DNA of 64,000 nt, taken from the NCBI RefSeq assembly GCF_001447785.1, contig NW_015171566.1:3568-67567 (forward strand), given 5' to 3'. Shown here piece after piece: positions 32,701-43,720 of this stretch (position 1 is its first letter; every line of letters starts with the position of its first letter). This stretch comes from Gekko japonicus (lineage: Eukaryota). A program made the translations under genes and the position numbers. The notes under the pieces were generated by a model. The model was not told where the DNA came from, did not search any database, and was given only the letters and a program-made list of their open reading frames with translations.

Positions 32701-35700
32701 GTATTTCTAAGCAATCCTCTCCTGCTTTTCTGTGTATGTGGGGGGGTGGGGGAGATGGCCCTGGCAGCACAGCCAAAAGTAGTAAGGGAGGGGCCATGGC
32801 TCTCCAGTGGCAGAGCCTCCGCTTGGGATGCAGAAGGTCCCAGGTTCAATCCCCGGCGTCTCCAATTAAGGATCAGTTTGTTGGTAATGTAAAAGACCTG
32901 AGACCCTGGAGAGCTGCTCCCAGTCTGAGTACACGAGACTGACCTGGACGGACTAAGCCTGTGATTCACTATAAGGCAGCTTCGTGTACAGTAACCACAT
33001 ATCAGGCCCAGCGCAACTGTCAGAGAAGACATCGTTCAGGATCTAAAAACCAGGTTGAACAGCTCCATCTTCCTACCTACTGCTGTGTCAAGGGACACGT
33101 TTGGACAATCTTTTGTGGAGGCCACCCCCAGCAGTGCGGCACCCCTGCGCTGAGCTTTCTGGTACCCACCTGGGCAACTTACACTAGACCCATCCTATCT
33201 TTCTGCTTCCACAGATCTTCCAATGTGATTTAAAATACCTCTTTAAAACTGGCCAGTTAATTGTTAGATGAAGGCTGCTGCCAGGTTGTGAAGAGTCTCA
33301 ACTGCTCGGTGGAAGATGTTTTCTGTGTTAAGAAGGGACCGGCAGTAAAAACTCACGTCTCATCCAGGGGGTGATGGTGGGCACTTTGGGCGGACGGAAC
33401 CTTCGCTGGAAAACAGGATCTAGCAAATGAAAGAAAACCAGCATCGTATTAGATCTCAGACTGGTTTGATGTTGAATGTTGACTGTATAAAAATCCCCAA
33501 ATGAGAAGCAAGCACCTGGAGACCTCCTCCAGCTCTAAGGGGTTCCTTTCTGCCCCTCCTCCCAGCATAGTTTCTTATCCCAGTGGTGGTGGTAGGAAAA
33601 TCTCTTAAAAATCGCTTTCCACTTACCATTTTGCAGAGGGTGTGAGTACGCTGGAAGAGGCATGAAAGAGAGAAACATGAGAAAATGGTTCAAAGGAGAA
33701 TTGGTTGCTGGTGATTTTATCCCCAATCTATTTTTCCTGGCAGGACTCCTTGTGCCTTTAGACCACCGCATTGGGTGGAAATTCAACAGGTGCAGCTTTT
33801 CTAGGCAGAATAGTAGAGGGCTGTTGAATTTTTGCCTGCAGTTTAACTGCTAAAGGCCTGGGAACCTTGTTCAAACAAAGGCTGAAATTCGAATATCTCT
33901 TGGGGGGGAGCGGGGTGTACTTGGAGCAAAAACATCCGTAAGCATGGGCTTTCCCTGGAATTGTGCTACGGGGAGAGAGGGGTAACAGGAATTGCAGAGT
34001 TTACCCTTCGAATATCCATTCTAGAAGGATATGCTGTGGTGTGTGAGCCAAGGGATTTCTCTGCAGGGGAATGTACCTGGATCCAAAGCAATTTCGACGT
34101 AGCGGTGGAAGTCCTTCAGGGTTTGGACAGGGTCCAGGTTGTGGTGTTTGAGGCTCTCCTGGTAAAGAGAAGGGGGGGGAGTTAGAAGAGGAGGAGGAGG
34201 AGCCTGGATTTATACCCCGGGCTTCACACAGAGTCTCAGAGTGGCTTACAATTCCCTTCCCTTCCTCTCCCCACAACAGACACCCTGTGAGGTAGTTGCG
34301 GCTGAGAGAGCTCTTTTCGAGAACTGCCCTTGAGAGAACAGCTCTGAGAGAACTTGTGACTGATCCAAGGTCACCCAGCCGCTTCCTGTGGAGGATTAGG
34401 AAATCAAACCCGGTTCTCCCCAGATTAAAGTCTGAGCTCCTAACCACTACAGTTTGGAAGTGTTCCTAAAACAGGAGGCTGCAACATACAGACCTTGGTG
34501 GGGGTGGGGAGCAGTGTACCCTCTAAGCTGAATCCGTGTGAGCTAGCTCACACTTTCTTACCCTCCGGCTCACATATTTTTGTCTTAGCTCAGGAAGGAT
34601 GGCTCCAGAGCAAACTAATGCACACAGTAGCCAAACTGTTTGCTCACAACTTCAATGCCAGTAGATCACAAAGTAGAATTATTGCTTACGAGACTCCACA
34701 GCTCAGAGGGAGCATCTGTGGTGACTGCAGTCCCTGGCCAGGAGAGGGCGCCTCTCAGGGGAGCCAAGGTCATTCTGTAGCATCCCAGTCAACTATGGGA
34801 GGAAGTTTAGATGTCTTGCAGCGTGACTGTGTGGAGGGAGGCCTCCTGCAGCCCACTGATGCCCAAGAAGAAGAGATTGGATTTATACCCCGCCCTTCAC
34901 TTGGAGTCTCAGAGCGGCTTACAAAGCCCTTTCCCTTCCCCTCTCCACAACAGACACCCTGTGAGGTGGGTGGGGCTGAGAGAGCTCTGACGGAAACTGC
35001 TCTTTTTCAAGGACAGCTGTGCCAGAGCTTGTGACTGACCCAAGGTCACATCAGCAGGTGCAAGTGGAGGAGTGGGGAATCAAACCCGGTTCTCCCAGAT
35101 TAGAGTCCGCACACAACCACTACACCAAACTGGCTCTGGCATATTTATTTATGTTTATCTACAGCCTTTTTTCCCTCAGTGACTCAAGGCGGATTACACA
35201 ATCAAACCCATCACAGCTGATAGGATGAGGGGACGTCTAATAAACAGTGTAATAGGAGTCCTAGGGTTGCAGAAATCTGAAAAAATTGTTTAAATGTTAA
35301 ACAGTGCAAGACTGGCATTACGGAAGCAGGAATTGTAACACAGTGAGAGCAAGATAAAAACATACAGCAATAGATACTGCATGTCAGGACTATAGTCCAC
35401 AGTCCCATTTTCTCTCCATTGAAACATCTTCCTGGATCATTCTAAGGTATCCCTGGTGCTTTATAAAAATGCCCTCCCAAACAGTTCTGTTTTACATTGG
35501 CTGCCAAAAGTGTTGGAGTCTTCCTGAGCTCCTTAGTCAGGCCATTCCGGGGGGAGGGGGGGGACTACAGAGAATGATCATGTATGGGCAGTTGTTGATC
35601 TTGCCCATTTGCAGGGTGGTGACTGCAGAAGACCCTGCTCAGGTGAGCGCATTTGTTGTGGTGGGGCCTCGGAGGAGAGACCATATCCATCTGTTTGAGT

Positions 35701-38572
35701 CCTATACCACTGTCCAGAAAGAGGAACAGAAGGGGGGCTCACTCAATGGCAAGAGTAGCCTGGAATTTGCATCTGTGTCTTCTAAAGGCCCTTTCACACA
35801 TTACGCACTGATACCCTCCATAGAGAGTCGTAGCCCTGGCTACTCGCTAAGGGTGCGTTTGCAAACATTAGTTCATATACAGTGTATCAGATATGTATAA
35901 AAACACATAAAACTTTATTTACAAAAACAAAGGACAAACAACACATAGATGGGGGAAAGAATGTGTACGGTTCAGCAAGTAATGCAAAGCAAAACAAAAA
36001 AAAACCCTTGCTGGCTATTTTTCTCATTACTTTTCCTATCAGGTGCATAGCCCTAGCATCTCAACTGGCATTCCTTCTCTGGGAGCATAGCAGCAGGGTG
36101 GAAGCTGAAGAGAACTTCAAGGCAATCTCTTCTCTTTCTGAGTCTTCTCAAGCCATCTATTCTACATAGGTGTTCTTAACTATTTAGCCAATAGAAAGTT
36201 GTTACCAGGATAGACCTCTAAATTGCAAGCTATCAACCACTCTAGATGACAGTTCTCAGCTGCCGCAGGTTAATAACTTCTGCCAGCCTAAGCAACAATT
36301 CTGATAACAAGCTGGCAGGTGGGAGTAAGCAAGAAAGCTAACATTTAGGCAGAAAAACTCTCTTAAAGGAGACCAGTTTCTTGACACAGAGTTAGAAGGG
36401 ATCCTAGAGGTCACCTACTCCAACTCCCTTGCCTCAGTGAGGGAACTGGTCAACTACAGCACCCCTCTCTGCTTAAAGGAGTACACACTCCTTTAATGTT
36501 TTTAAATGATTGAAAAAAGCATTTGCAGGAGAATTTCTTGTGGGGCTGTGCCTTTAAGAAAGGAGGTGGAGCCTCCAAAAGCCCCACCATACAGGCCTGG
36601 TTTATCCTCACTTTTTCACTATTTTTCAAGTTTGCACTTCAACCACATTAGGCATATATGTAAAAACTGAATCAGCTGTAGGCAGAGTGGCAGCAGCTGG
36701 CGAATGAAGGAGTTTGTAAAGTGATTAGTTCCTGATGGCTTTTTTCAGGGCAATCTCTTGCACAAAAGAAGACACAGGCTTGCCCCTATGTATCATAAAA
36801 AAGGTAAAGGTTCCCTTGCTCGAAAGCCAGTCGAATCCGACTCTAGGGTTGCGGTGCTCATCTCCGTTTCAAAGCCGAAGAGCCAGCGCTGTCCGAAGAC
36901 GTTTCCGTGGTCATGTGGCCGGCATGACTAAACACCAAGGCGCACGGAACGCTGTTACTTTCCCACCGAAGTGGTCCCTATTTATCTACTTGCAATTTCT
37001 TGCTTTCGAACTGCCTGGAACTAGAGATGGGAGCTCACTCCATCATGTGGCACCCGGGTCTCGAACCGCTGAACTACTGACCTTCTACAGCCTGCAGCCC
37101 AGCATCTTAACCACTTGAGCCACCGCAGCTCATACTATGTGACAAAAGCATGCTTATCTCACTGCACCTATTGTAATATCTCCCTTTGGCTGTCGGTTCC
37201 CAGGTTAGAGCACTCACCCAGGCACCCGCTCTCAGGTTCATTCAGCAGAGACAAGCGGGCTCAGAACACCAGGCTTTTCTTTGCAAGGAGACAACACCAA
37301 CAACTTCCGCTAACATACAAAACTAGAAACTGAAACAAGAGCGCCACCCAATAGGACCAAACTAAATCACACATATTGGGGGGGGGGGGGGGCACTGCGT
37401 TGCTTGACAAAAAAAAACATACATAAATATGTACAATAAACCCAGGGGTCATTTCGTAGAAAAAGAGGTGCAGGAGCTCATTAGCATAACTCATTAGCAT
37501 AACATATTTGCATATGCCACACCCCCTGACATCACTGGAAGTGTGTCAGAAGGCAACACCCACCGCTCAGGCTCCACTGGACTGTTTTGGATTGCTAGCT
37601 TTGGGGGGGGGGGGTGAACGTGGAGATCTGTCCTCACGAGGAGGGAGAGCTTGTACCTAAATAAAATTTGGTCTTAAAGGTGCCACTGGACTGTTTTGGA
37701 TTGCTAGCTATGCACAGATCTGCCCTCACAGAGGAGGGAGAGCTTGTACCTGAAGGCCGCTGGGGAGGGAGCTCTGCAACTTACCTGGCTGTTTATTGCT
37801 CCTAGTGGCCCAACTGAGGGCTGCTGGGAGCAGGGGGCGGGGCTTGTTGCATGTGCCCGCCCCCTGGGCTCCTTACTGCCGGAGCTCCGCTCCTGTGCGC
37901 TCCTGCAGGAAATGACCCCTGAATCCACACCTATGATGGTTGGGCATCTGGCACTCATGTTCTTGCCCCAGAATGGGCCCCATCTGTCCCAGTGCACACA
38001 CACCTCCATATCTGTAACCTGGGAAGCCGCTAGCACATTATACAGGCAAAAAGTTCCCAAATAGCATCTGGGAAACCGACCTTGTACTCGTCCAGTTCCT
38101 CCAAGTCGAGGTCGTCATCCTCCAGCCAGGCTTTTTTATGATGGCAGTGGACTTCCACGTGGGCCTCTTCGGCAGCCTCCAGATCCACGAGGATCTTCGT
38201 GCCCCGGCGGCACACGGGCACCCCCCTGTCGTGGAACATGTAGGTAGGGAGCCTCCGCTCGTAGCGGCTCGGCGGCTTGGCGAGGCCCCCACTGACGAGG
38301 GCCAGCTTCGGGTTAAATCGTACCGGGACGAGGAAGTCGAAGCCGGCGGGGGAGCCTTCCGGCTGGAGGTGAAGCCCTTCCCTGTAGCTGCCCACGGAGA
38401 CGGGGCTCTGGGGGTACAACCCGCTGCTGGACTGGTAAGCCCATTTCACGATCGAGTCCACGAGGCTCTCCACTGCGGAGAAGGTCTCCGCCACTCTCCG
38501 CTCCCGGCCCCCAGCGAGGAAGACGCGGCTGGCATAGAAGTGCTGCAGACGTTTCTCCGGCTCCTCGCCCAT
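29759..38572 (-). CDS. Mab-21 domain / cGAS-like fold protein (MAB21L3-like), exons 38572-38081, 34158-34077, 33419-33357, 32635-32380, 31160-31010, 30184-29759; 489 aa
   Basis: NTase-like VGSYREGL..GFDFLVPV, LDPVQTLKDFHRYVEIAL, PAVQL..VPVKLVPAI, and the Mab-21 C-lobe WRLSFSNAEAALLKDVDADGGQRRAALRLLK..LSSYHLKTLLLWCCEIYP..W..LPHYFLRPVNLF. Phases 0/1/1/2/0 join into an open 1470-nt frame with a good Kozak context (gcgATGg). The 63-nt exon 3 is the least certain. Confidence 0.87.
36800..37130 (-). mobile_element. Sauria SINE (intron 1 of the Mab-21 gene)
   Basis: Near-identical to the 3289-3642 copy. Confidence 0.85.
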
Positions 38573-38881
38573 CGCCGTGGCCTCCTGGAAAGCCTCCCTG
38601 CCCTGTTGTGTCTTTATCTGGCTCTGCTGCCCCCTCGCTCCACTTTCGCTTTCCCTCTCGGCCCCGGCCCCTCCTCCCCGGCTGTTTATCCACGGAGGAG
38701 TCTCTGCTCGCTGCTTGGGGAAGGGCTGGCTGGTGACAGGCAGAGGAGAGAGGCGCAGATGCCAGCTCTTGGGACTGTTTCGTCTGGAGACGAGGAGGGG
38801 TGGGGGGGGGGATGTGATCGCTCTCATGAAGTATTTGGCCATCGATCCAGGGGAGTTAGCCTGTTAGTCTGTTGCTGCAAC

Positions 38882-39049
38882 ACAGTAAAAAGCCCAGCAG
38901 CACCTTCGAGACGCTCATTGTAGCATAAGCTTTCGAGAAACACGGCTCTCTTCGTCAGATGAATCTGACGAAGAGAGCTGTGTGTCTCGAAAGCTTATGC
39001 TGCAATAAGTTTTGTTAGTCTTAAAGGTGCTGCTGGGCTTTTTTACTGT
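38882..39049. repeat. Penelope-derived palindrome with hammerhead-ribozyme cores on both strands
   Basis: Long inverted repeat centred at 38961-38962; CTGACGA-stem II-GAAAGCTTA at 38965-38997 (+) and 38958-38926 (-). Confidence 0.75.
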
Positions 39050-39067
39050 TTCAAGTATCTGAAGATA

Positions 39068-39397
39068 CAAGTGGTTAAGAGGCTGAACTGCAGGCTGTGG
39101 AAGGTCAGTAGTTCAGCAGTTCGAGACCCGGGTGCCACATGACGGAGTGAGCTCCCGTCTCTAGTTCCAGCTCCTGCCAACCTAGCAGTTCGAAAGCAAG
39201 AAATTGCAAGTAGATAAATAGGTACCACTTCGGTGGGAAGGTAACAGCGTTCCGTGCGCCTTGGTGTTTAGTCATGCCGGCCACATGACCACGGAAACAT
39301 CTTTGGACAGCCCTGGCTCTTCGGCTTTGAAACGCACCGCAACCCTAAAGTCGAATTCGACTGGCTTTCGAGCAAGGGGACCTTTACCTTTTACCCT
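39068..39397 (+). mobile_element. Sauria SINE
   Basis: Reverse complement of the above, ending in acctttaccttttacc. Confidence 0.85.
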
Positions 39398-39621
39398 TAG
39401 AGGAGGGCAGGGGGCTGTTCCTGTCGGCAGCAGAGGAGAGGACTCACAAGAATGGGCTTAAATTCAGGGCCGGAAGGTACCAGCTGGATCTGAGGGGAAA
39501 CTGGTTTGCAGTAACTGTTGTGCAACAGTGAGATCAGCTGCCGAGGGCGGTGGTGAGCTCCCCCGCCCTGGCAGTCTTGAAGCAGCGGCTGGACAAACGC
39601 TGGTCAGGGATGCTCTGGGCC

Positions 39622-39954
39622 CAGGGCCGGCTCGTCATAGACAATTTTTAGGCAGCGGCCTAGAGCGGCCCCTTAAGAGGGGGCGCCTCCTGGCCTGCCA
39701 CCCCTCCCCTCCCTTCCCTCGCCTAAACAGGGTAGTAAATTGCGGGCCACCCCCCACCTTTTTATGTTTATTGGTTATATTACTGTGCTAAGTGACCAGA
39801 TCAGGAGCAAAGAGACTGGGATTGTGGGCTTTCGAACCCCTAAAAGTCAGAGCACAAAGACACATTGGTGGGCGCAGATTGGTGGGCGCACCGAGTGGGG
39901 GGGCACCAGAAGGCAGCCTCGCCTAGTGTGCAGAAAAACCTAGAGCCGGCCCTG
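39622..39954. mobile_element. hAT-like MITE (TIR CAGGGCCGGCTC); related copy at 63492-63831
   Basis: TIRs with near-perfect 8-bp TSDs (tctgggcc/tctgtgcc; cagaggaa/cagaggga). Confidence 0.72.
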
Positions 39955-40691
39955 TCTGTGCCGGTTCTGCATTGAGCAGGGGGTTGGGCTAGATGGCCTC
40001 TGTGCCCCTTCCAACTCTGTGATTGTGATCTTCCCTTCCCCTCCCCTGAGAAACACCAGAAAGGTTAAAAGGAGAATCCAAACCAGGCGCGTAGCAGCAA
40101 TGGGAGCTATTCCTTCATTCCTCCGCATCTGGTATGTGGAGGGAAAGCAATCCAGCAGTTCTGGCCAGGTCAGCCTCCCCTGCCTTTGGGGTAGTTGTGT
40201 GTCTGGTGGTGACGATGGGGGGGGGGGGAGAACAACCCCGTCGCGCACNNNNNNNNNNNNNNNNNNNNNNNNNNNNNNNNNNNNNNNNNNNNNNNNNNNN
40301 NNNNNNNNNNNNNNNNNNNNNNNNNNNNNNNNNNNNNNNNNNNNNNNNNNNNNNNNNNNNNNNNNNNNNNNNNNNNNNNNNNNNNNNNNNNNNNNNNNNN
40401 NNNNNNNNNNNNNNNNNNNNNNNNNNNNNNNNNNNNNNNNNNNNNNNNNNNNNNNNNNNNNNNNNNNNNNNNNNNNNNNNNNNNNNNNNNNNNNNNNNNN
40501 NNNNNNNNNNNNNNNNNNNNNNNNNNNNNNNNNNNNNNNNNNNNNNNNNNNNNNNNNNNNNNNNNNNNNNNNNNNNNNNNNNNNNNNNNNNNNNNNNNNN
40601 NNNNNNNNNNNNNNNNNNNNNNNNNNNNNNNNNNNNNNNNNNNNNNNNNNNNNNNNGGGGGGGGGAGAACAACCCACTGTCAGACTATAAG

Positions 40692-40910
40692 TAGGGTTGC
40701 CAACCTCCAGGTGGGGCCTGGAGACCTCCTGGAATTGCAACTGATCTCCAGGCTACAAAGCTCTGTCCCCTTTGAGAAAAATACCTGCGCTGGAGGGTGG
40801 GCTCCAGGGCATTATACCTTGCTGACGTCCCTCTCCCCCTCCAAACCTGCCCTCCACAGGCTTCACCCCCAAACCCCCAGGACTTCCCCAACTCGGAGTT
40901 GGCAGACCTA
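40692..40910. mobile_element. ~210-bp dispersed repeat with AGGGTTGCCA termini; copies ~1530-1740, 9077-9265, 45281-45490, 45575-45770, 48294-48520, 54937-55115, 57100-57300, 63931-64000
   Basis: Recurrent agggttgccaacctccaggtgg..gagaaaatggctgc..ggcaaccct sequence; superfamily not determined. Confidence 0.7.
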
Positions 40911-41855
40911 GCAAAACAGCCAGAGGTGGCAGTTTTCCACATGGGCAGCTGTCGCTTGGCTCTGATCCCCGTGTGGCGCAGAATGAGGGGACAGAATGGG
41001 CGGCGCCGTTTTGCTGTCGGTGGATGAATCACCTTTTAAAAGTGTGTTCATTGTATCAAGAAACTCCTCAAGAGTAGACATCTAGCACTGCAAGGAGTAG
41101 GCTGTGCCAGAACTATGTCCCCTCGTGTGCTAGCTATTGGGCTTTGGGAACAACAACAAAAACCGCATTAAGAGATCATTGATTACGTGAAGGAGCATTA
41201 AAAGGGGCACTGGTTCTCACCTGCATACGAAGCAGTTCAGCCAGCAGTCTCCCCAAAGCATCCTGGCCACTCCGTTCTGCTGCAGCTATAACTTGTAGCC
41301 AGCCTTATACAACGAGGAGGGAGAAATTAAAACCAGGTGCAAGGGGAAAAGATGTATTGAAGTTTTCTAGATCCCTATGCGTTTCGCTCTAGATGCCGGT
41401 TTTTTAGTGCTCCACTGTGTAATATTTTGTTACGATTCTGTAAGTAAAGAAAAAAGGATATGAGGGCGTTCCAGCCCACTCCTTGCTCTGCTAATTTTCA
41501 GTGTTCAGGAAGTCTCTCGAAACAGGAGAGCGTTAAAAAATGTGGACCCACCACCTGCTGTCTGAAACGCTGACCATTCCGCCACTTTATTGTGCTGCAC
41601 GTTAGAAGAGATGCCAAAATGGGCCTCTTTCCTTATCTTCATTTTTCTCTTTTCCTTTCCTTTAAGCCCCTTGCCAGGAATGCAAGGGGAAAAGCTGTTT
41701 CCTTCTGTTCAGACATTTAAAAAAATATATATACCTTAGGCCAAGGCTCCTCAATCTGATGCCCTGAAGGCTTTTCAGAAAGTGGGTGGGACCGTTGTAA
41801 GCCAGGCTGTTTTATTGGCTGCGTTCACTCAAAGGGTTTTTTGGTGGGCCCTTTA

Positions 41856-42208
41856 GGAGCTGCGGTGGCTCAAGTGGTTAAGACGCTGAACTGCAGGCTG
41901 TGGAAGGTCAGTAGTTCAGCGGTTCAAGACCCGGGTGCCGCAAGACAGGGTGAGCTCCTGTCTCTAGTTCCAGCTCCTGCCAACCTAGCAGTTCGAAAGC
42001 AAGAAATTGCAAGTAGATAAATAGGGACCACTTCGGTGGGAAGGGAACAGCGTTCCGTGCGCCTTGGTGTTTAGTCAAGCCGGCCACATGACCACGGAAA
42101 CGTCTTCGGACAGCGCTGGCTCTTCGGCTTTGAAACGGTGATAAGCACCACAACCCTAGAGTCTGATTCGACTGGCTTTCGAGCAAGGGAACCTTTACCT
42201 TTTACCTT
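41856..42208 (+). mobile_element. Sauria SINE (full length)
   Basis: tRNA-like head ggagctgcggtggctcaagtggttaag; tail acctttaccttttacctt. Confidence 0.88.
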
Positions 42209-42869
42209 AGCAGCTGCAGGAGGATCAGAAGGACTGCTAAGGGCTTTACTTAACACTTGGTTTGCCATGTTTCTGCCCCTCACCCATGCCTATGGGGCTT
42301 CCCTAACGCTCATAAAGAGAGTCCCTTAGGAAAGATATAGTGCAGTTTCCTGGGACTGTGCATTAAAGAGGACAATCCGTTCTGGGTAAGTGATTTTCCA
42401 GGAAAGCTCATCCGCCATTCCTAATCTCACCGGGCAGCCCAGCCCCTGATAGACTTCTGAGGAAACCAGCATTCGCCGGAACACACTTTGGAAACCCCTG
42501 CTGAACCACTGCAATAGGTGTTTTGTTTCCTTAGTGCTTAGACTGACATTTTTGGGCAAATCGCCTTCCTTATTTCATATTTCAGGCCCTGAAATATAAG
42601 CCACCCTGTCACTTCCCTGAGCTGTTGTCCAAGGGTGAAAGCTTGGCATGAAAACAACAATCCCAGGCTCAGCCTCAGCTCATTGGAAAGCCTGCACGTG
42701 GGAGGTGTTGGGGAAGATCTCTCTCTGCCTGAAATCCTGGAGAGCCAGCCACCTGTTAGAGCAGAGCAGACCAATGATCCCCAGTATGATACCTGTCAAT
42801 GCCTTTCCTTGGAGATAGATCAAGATGGGCAGCCACAGTTTGTCTGTAGCAGTAGAAAAGAGCAAAGAG

Positions 42870-43017
42870 TCCAGTAGCAAAGACCAACAAAATATGTGGC
42901 AGCGTAGGAGCTTTCGTGAGTCACTGCTCACTTCTTCAGATTCTGAAGAAGTGAGCAGTGACTCAGGAAAGCTCCTGCCCTGCCACATATTTTGTTGGTC
43001 TTTAAGATGCTACCGGA
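42870..43017. repeat. Penelope-derived palindrome with hammerhead-ribozyme cores
   Basis: Inverted repeat centred at 42941; minus-strand CTGAAGA-A-GTGAG/CTCAC-GAAAGCTC (42939-42908). Related partial copies at 4764-4910 and 54605-54725. Confidence 0.75.
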
Positions 43018-43623
43018 GTCAGTGTCTTTCCTGGTGCCCATTTGATTCTTCCCCAAAGCAGAAGAGCCAATCCTGGTTTTCCCCCCGTCTCCTTGGAGCA
43101 GGAGGTGATTCAGGAAAGCCCACGAGGCAGCGCCCTCCACCCTAGGCTGATGTTTGGCTTGGAACCTTCCACCATTTTGGGGGACCTCCTTGCAGTTAAT
43201 CATTGACTGAGGCATGCAGGTAGCCATTTTGTGATTGGTCCCACTCCCCATGGCAGCCATTTTGTTGTGGTGTAGGTTTCCCAGCCCACAACCTTTGGGG
43301 GCTCTGATCCACCACTGGCAGCTGGTCGGTGCGGGATGTGATGACATCAGATCCCGGGAAGGATCTGGAAGCACCCCACTGATTGCCAGGTGGGACCTGG
43401 CACCCCTTTTGTGGTGCCCACCACCTTTCCTCAAAGTTCCAGAAATGCTGTCTGGATCCATACTGAGCTGATGAACTGATGTCTATACTAAATAAGGACA
43501 GCTTTGTATGTTCAGTTCCTATTCTCTTCACCACTAGATTCGTCTTCTATCCTATATCCCTACAACGAAGACAGTTACGGCCACCCATTGTTAAATCTGG
43601 ATTATTTTATTGATTTTATTGTT

Positions 43624-43629
43624 TTTATT
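43624..43629 (-). terminator. Likely poly(A) signal of the ZG16-like gene
   Basis: AATAAA on the minus strand about 90 nt after the stop, part of a cluster of three such hexamers (~43606-43629). Confidence 0.6.
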
Positions 43630-43720
43630 TGATTGAAGGTACGTTGATTATAGTTTCTGAAATGGGTTTTGGTGACTACCAGGGGCGGGGCACAAAGAGG
43701 GAGGAATGTGCCCTTGCAAT

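Noticed and set aside
38573-38842. N-terminal extension of the 270-aa ORF upstream of MGEEPEK
   Set aside because: Low-complexity GC-rich promoter/UTR-like sequence; homology and Kozak context begin at 38572.
40216-40676. Direct repeat ggggggagaacaaccc on both sides of a gap
   Set aside because: Could be the TSD of an unsequenced insertion or a scaffolding overlap; undecidable from this sequence.
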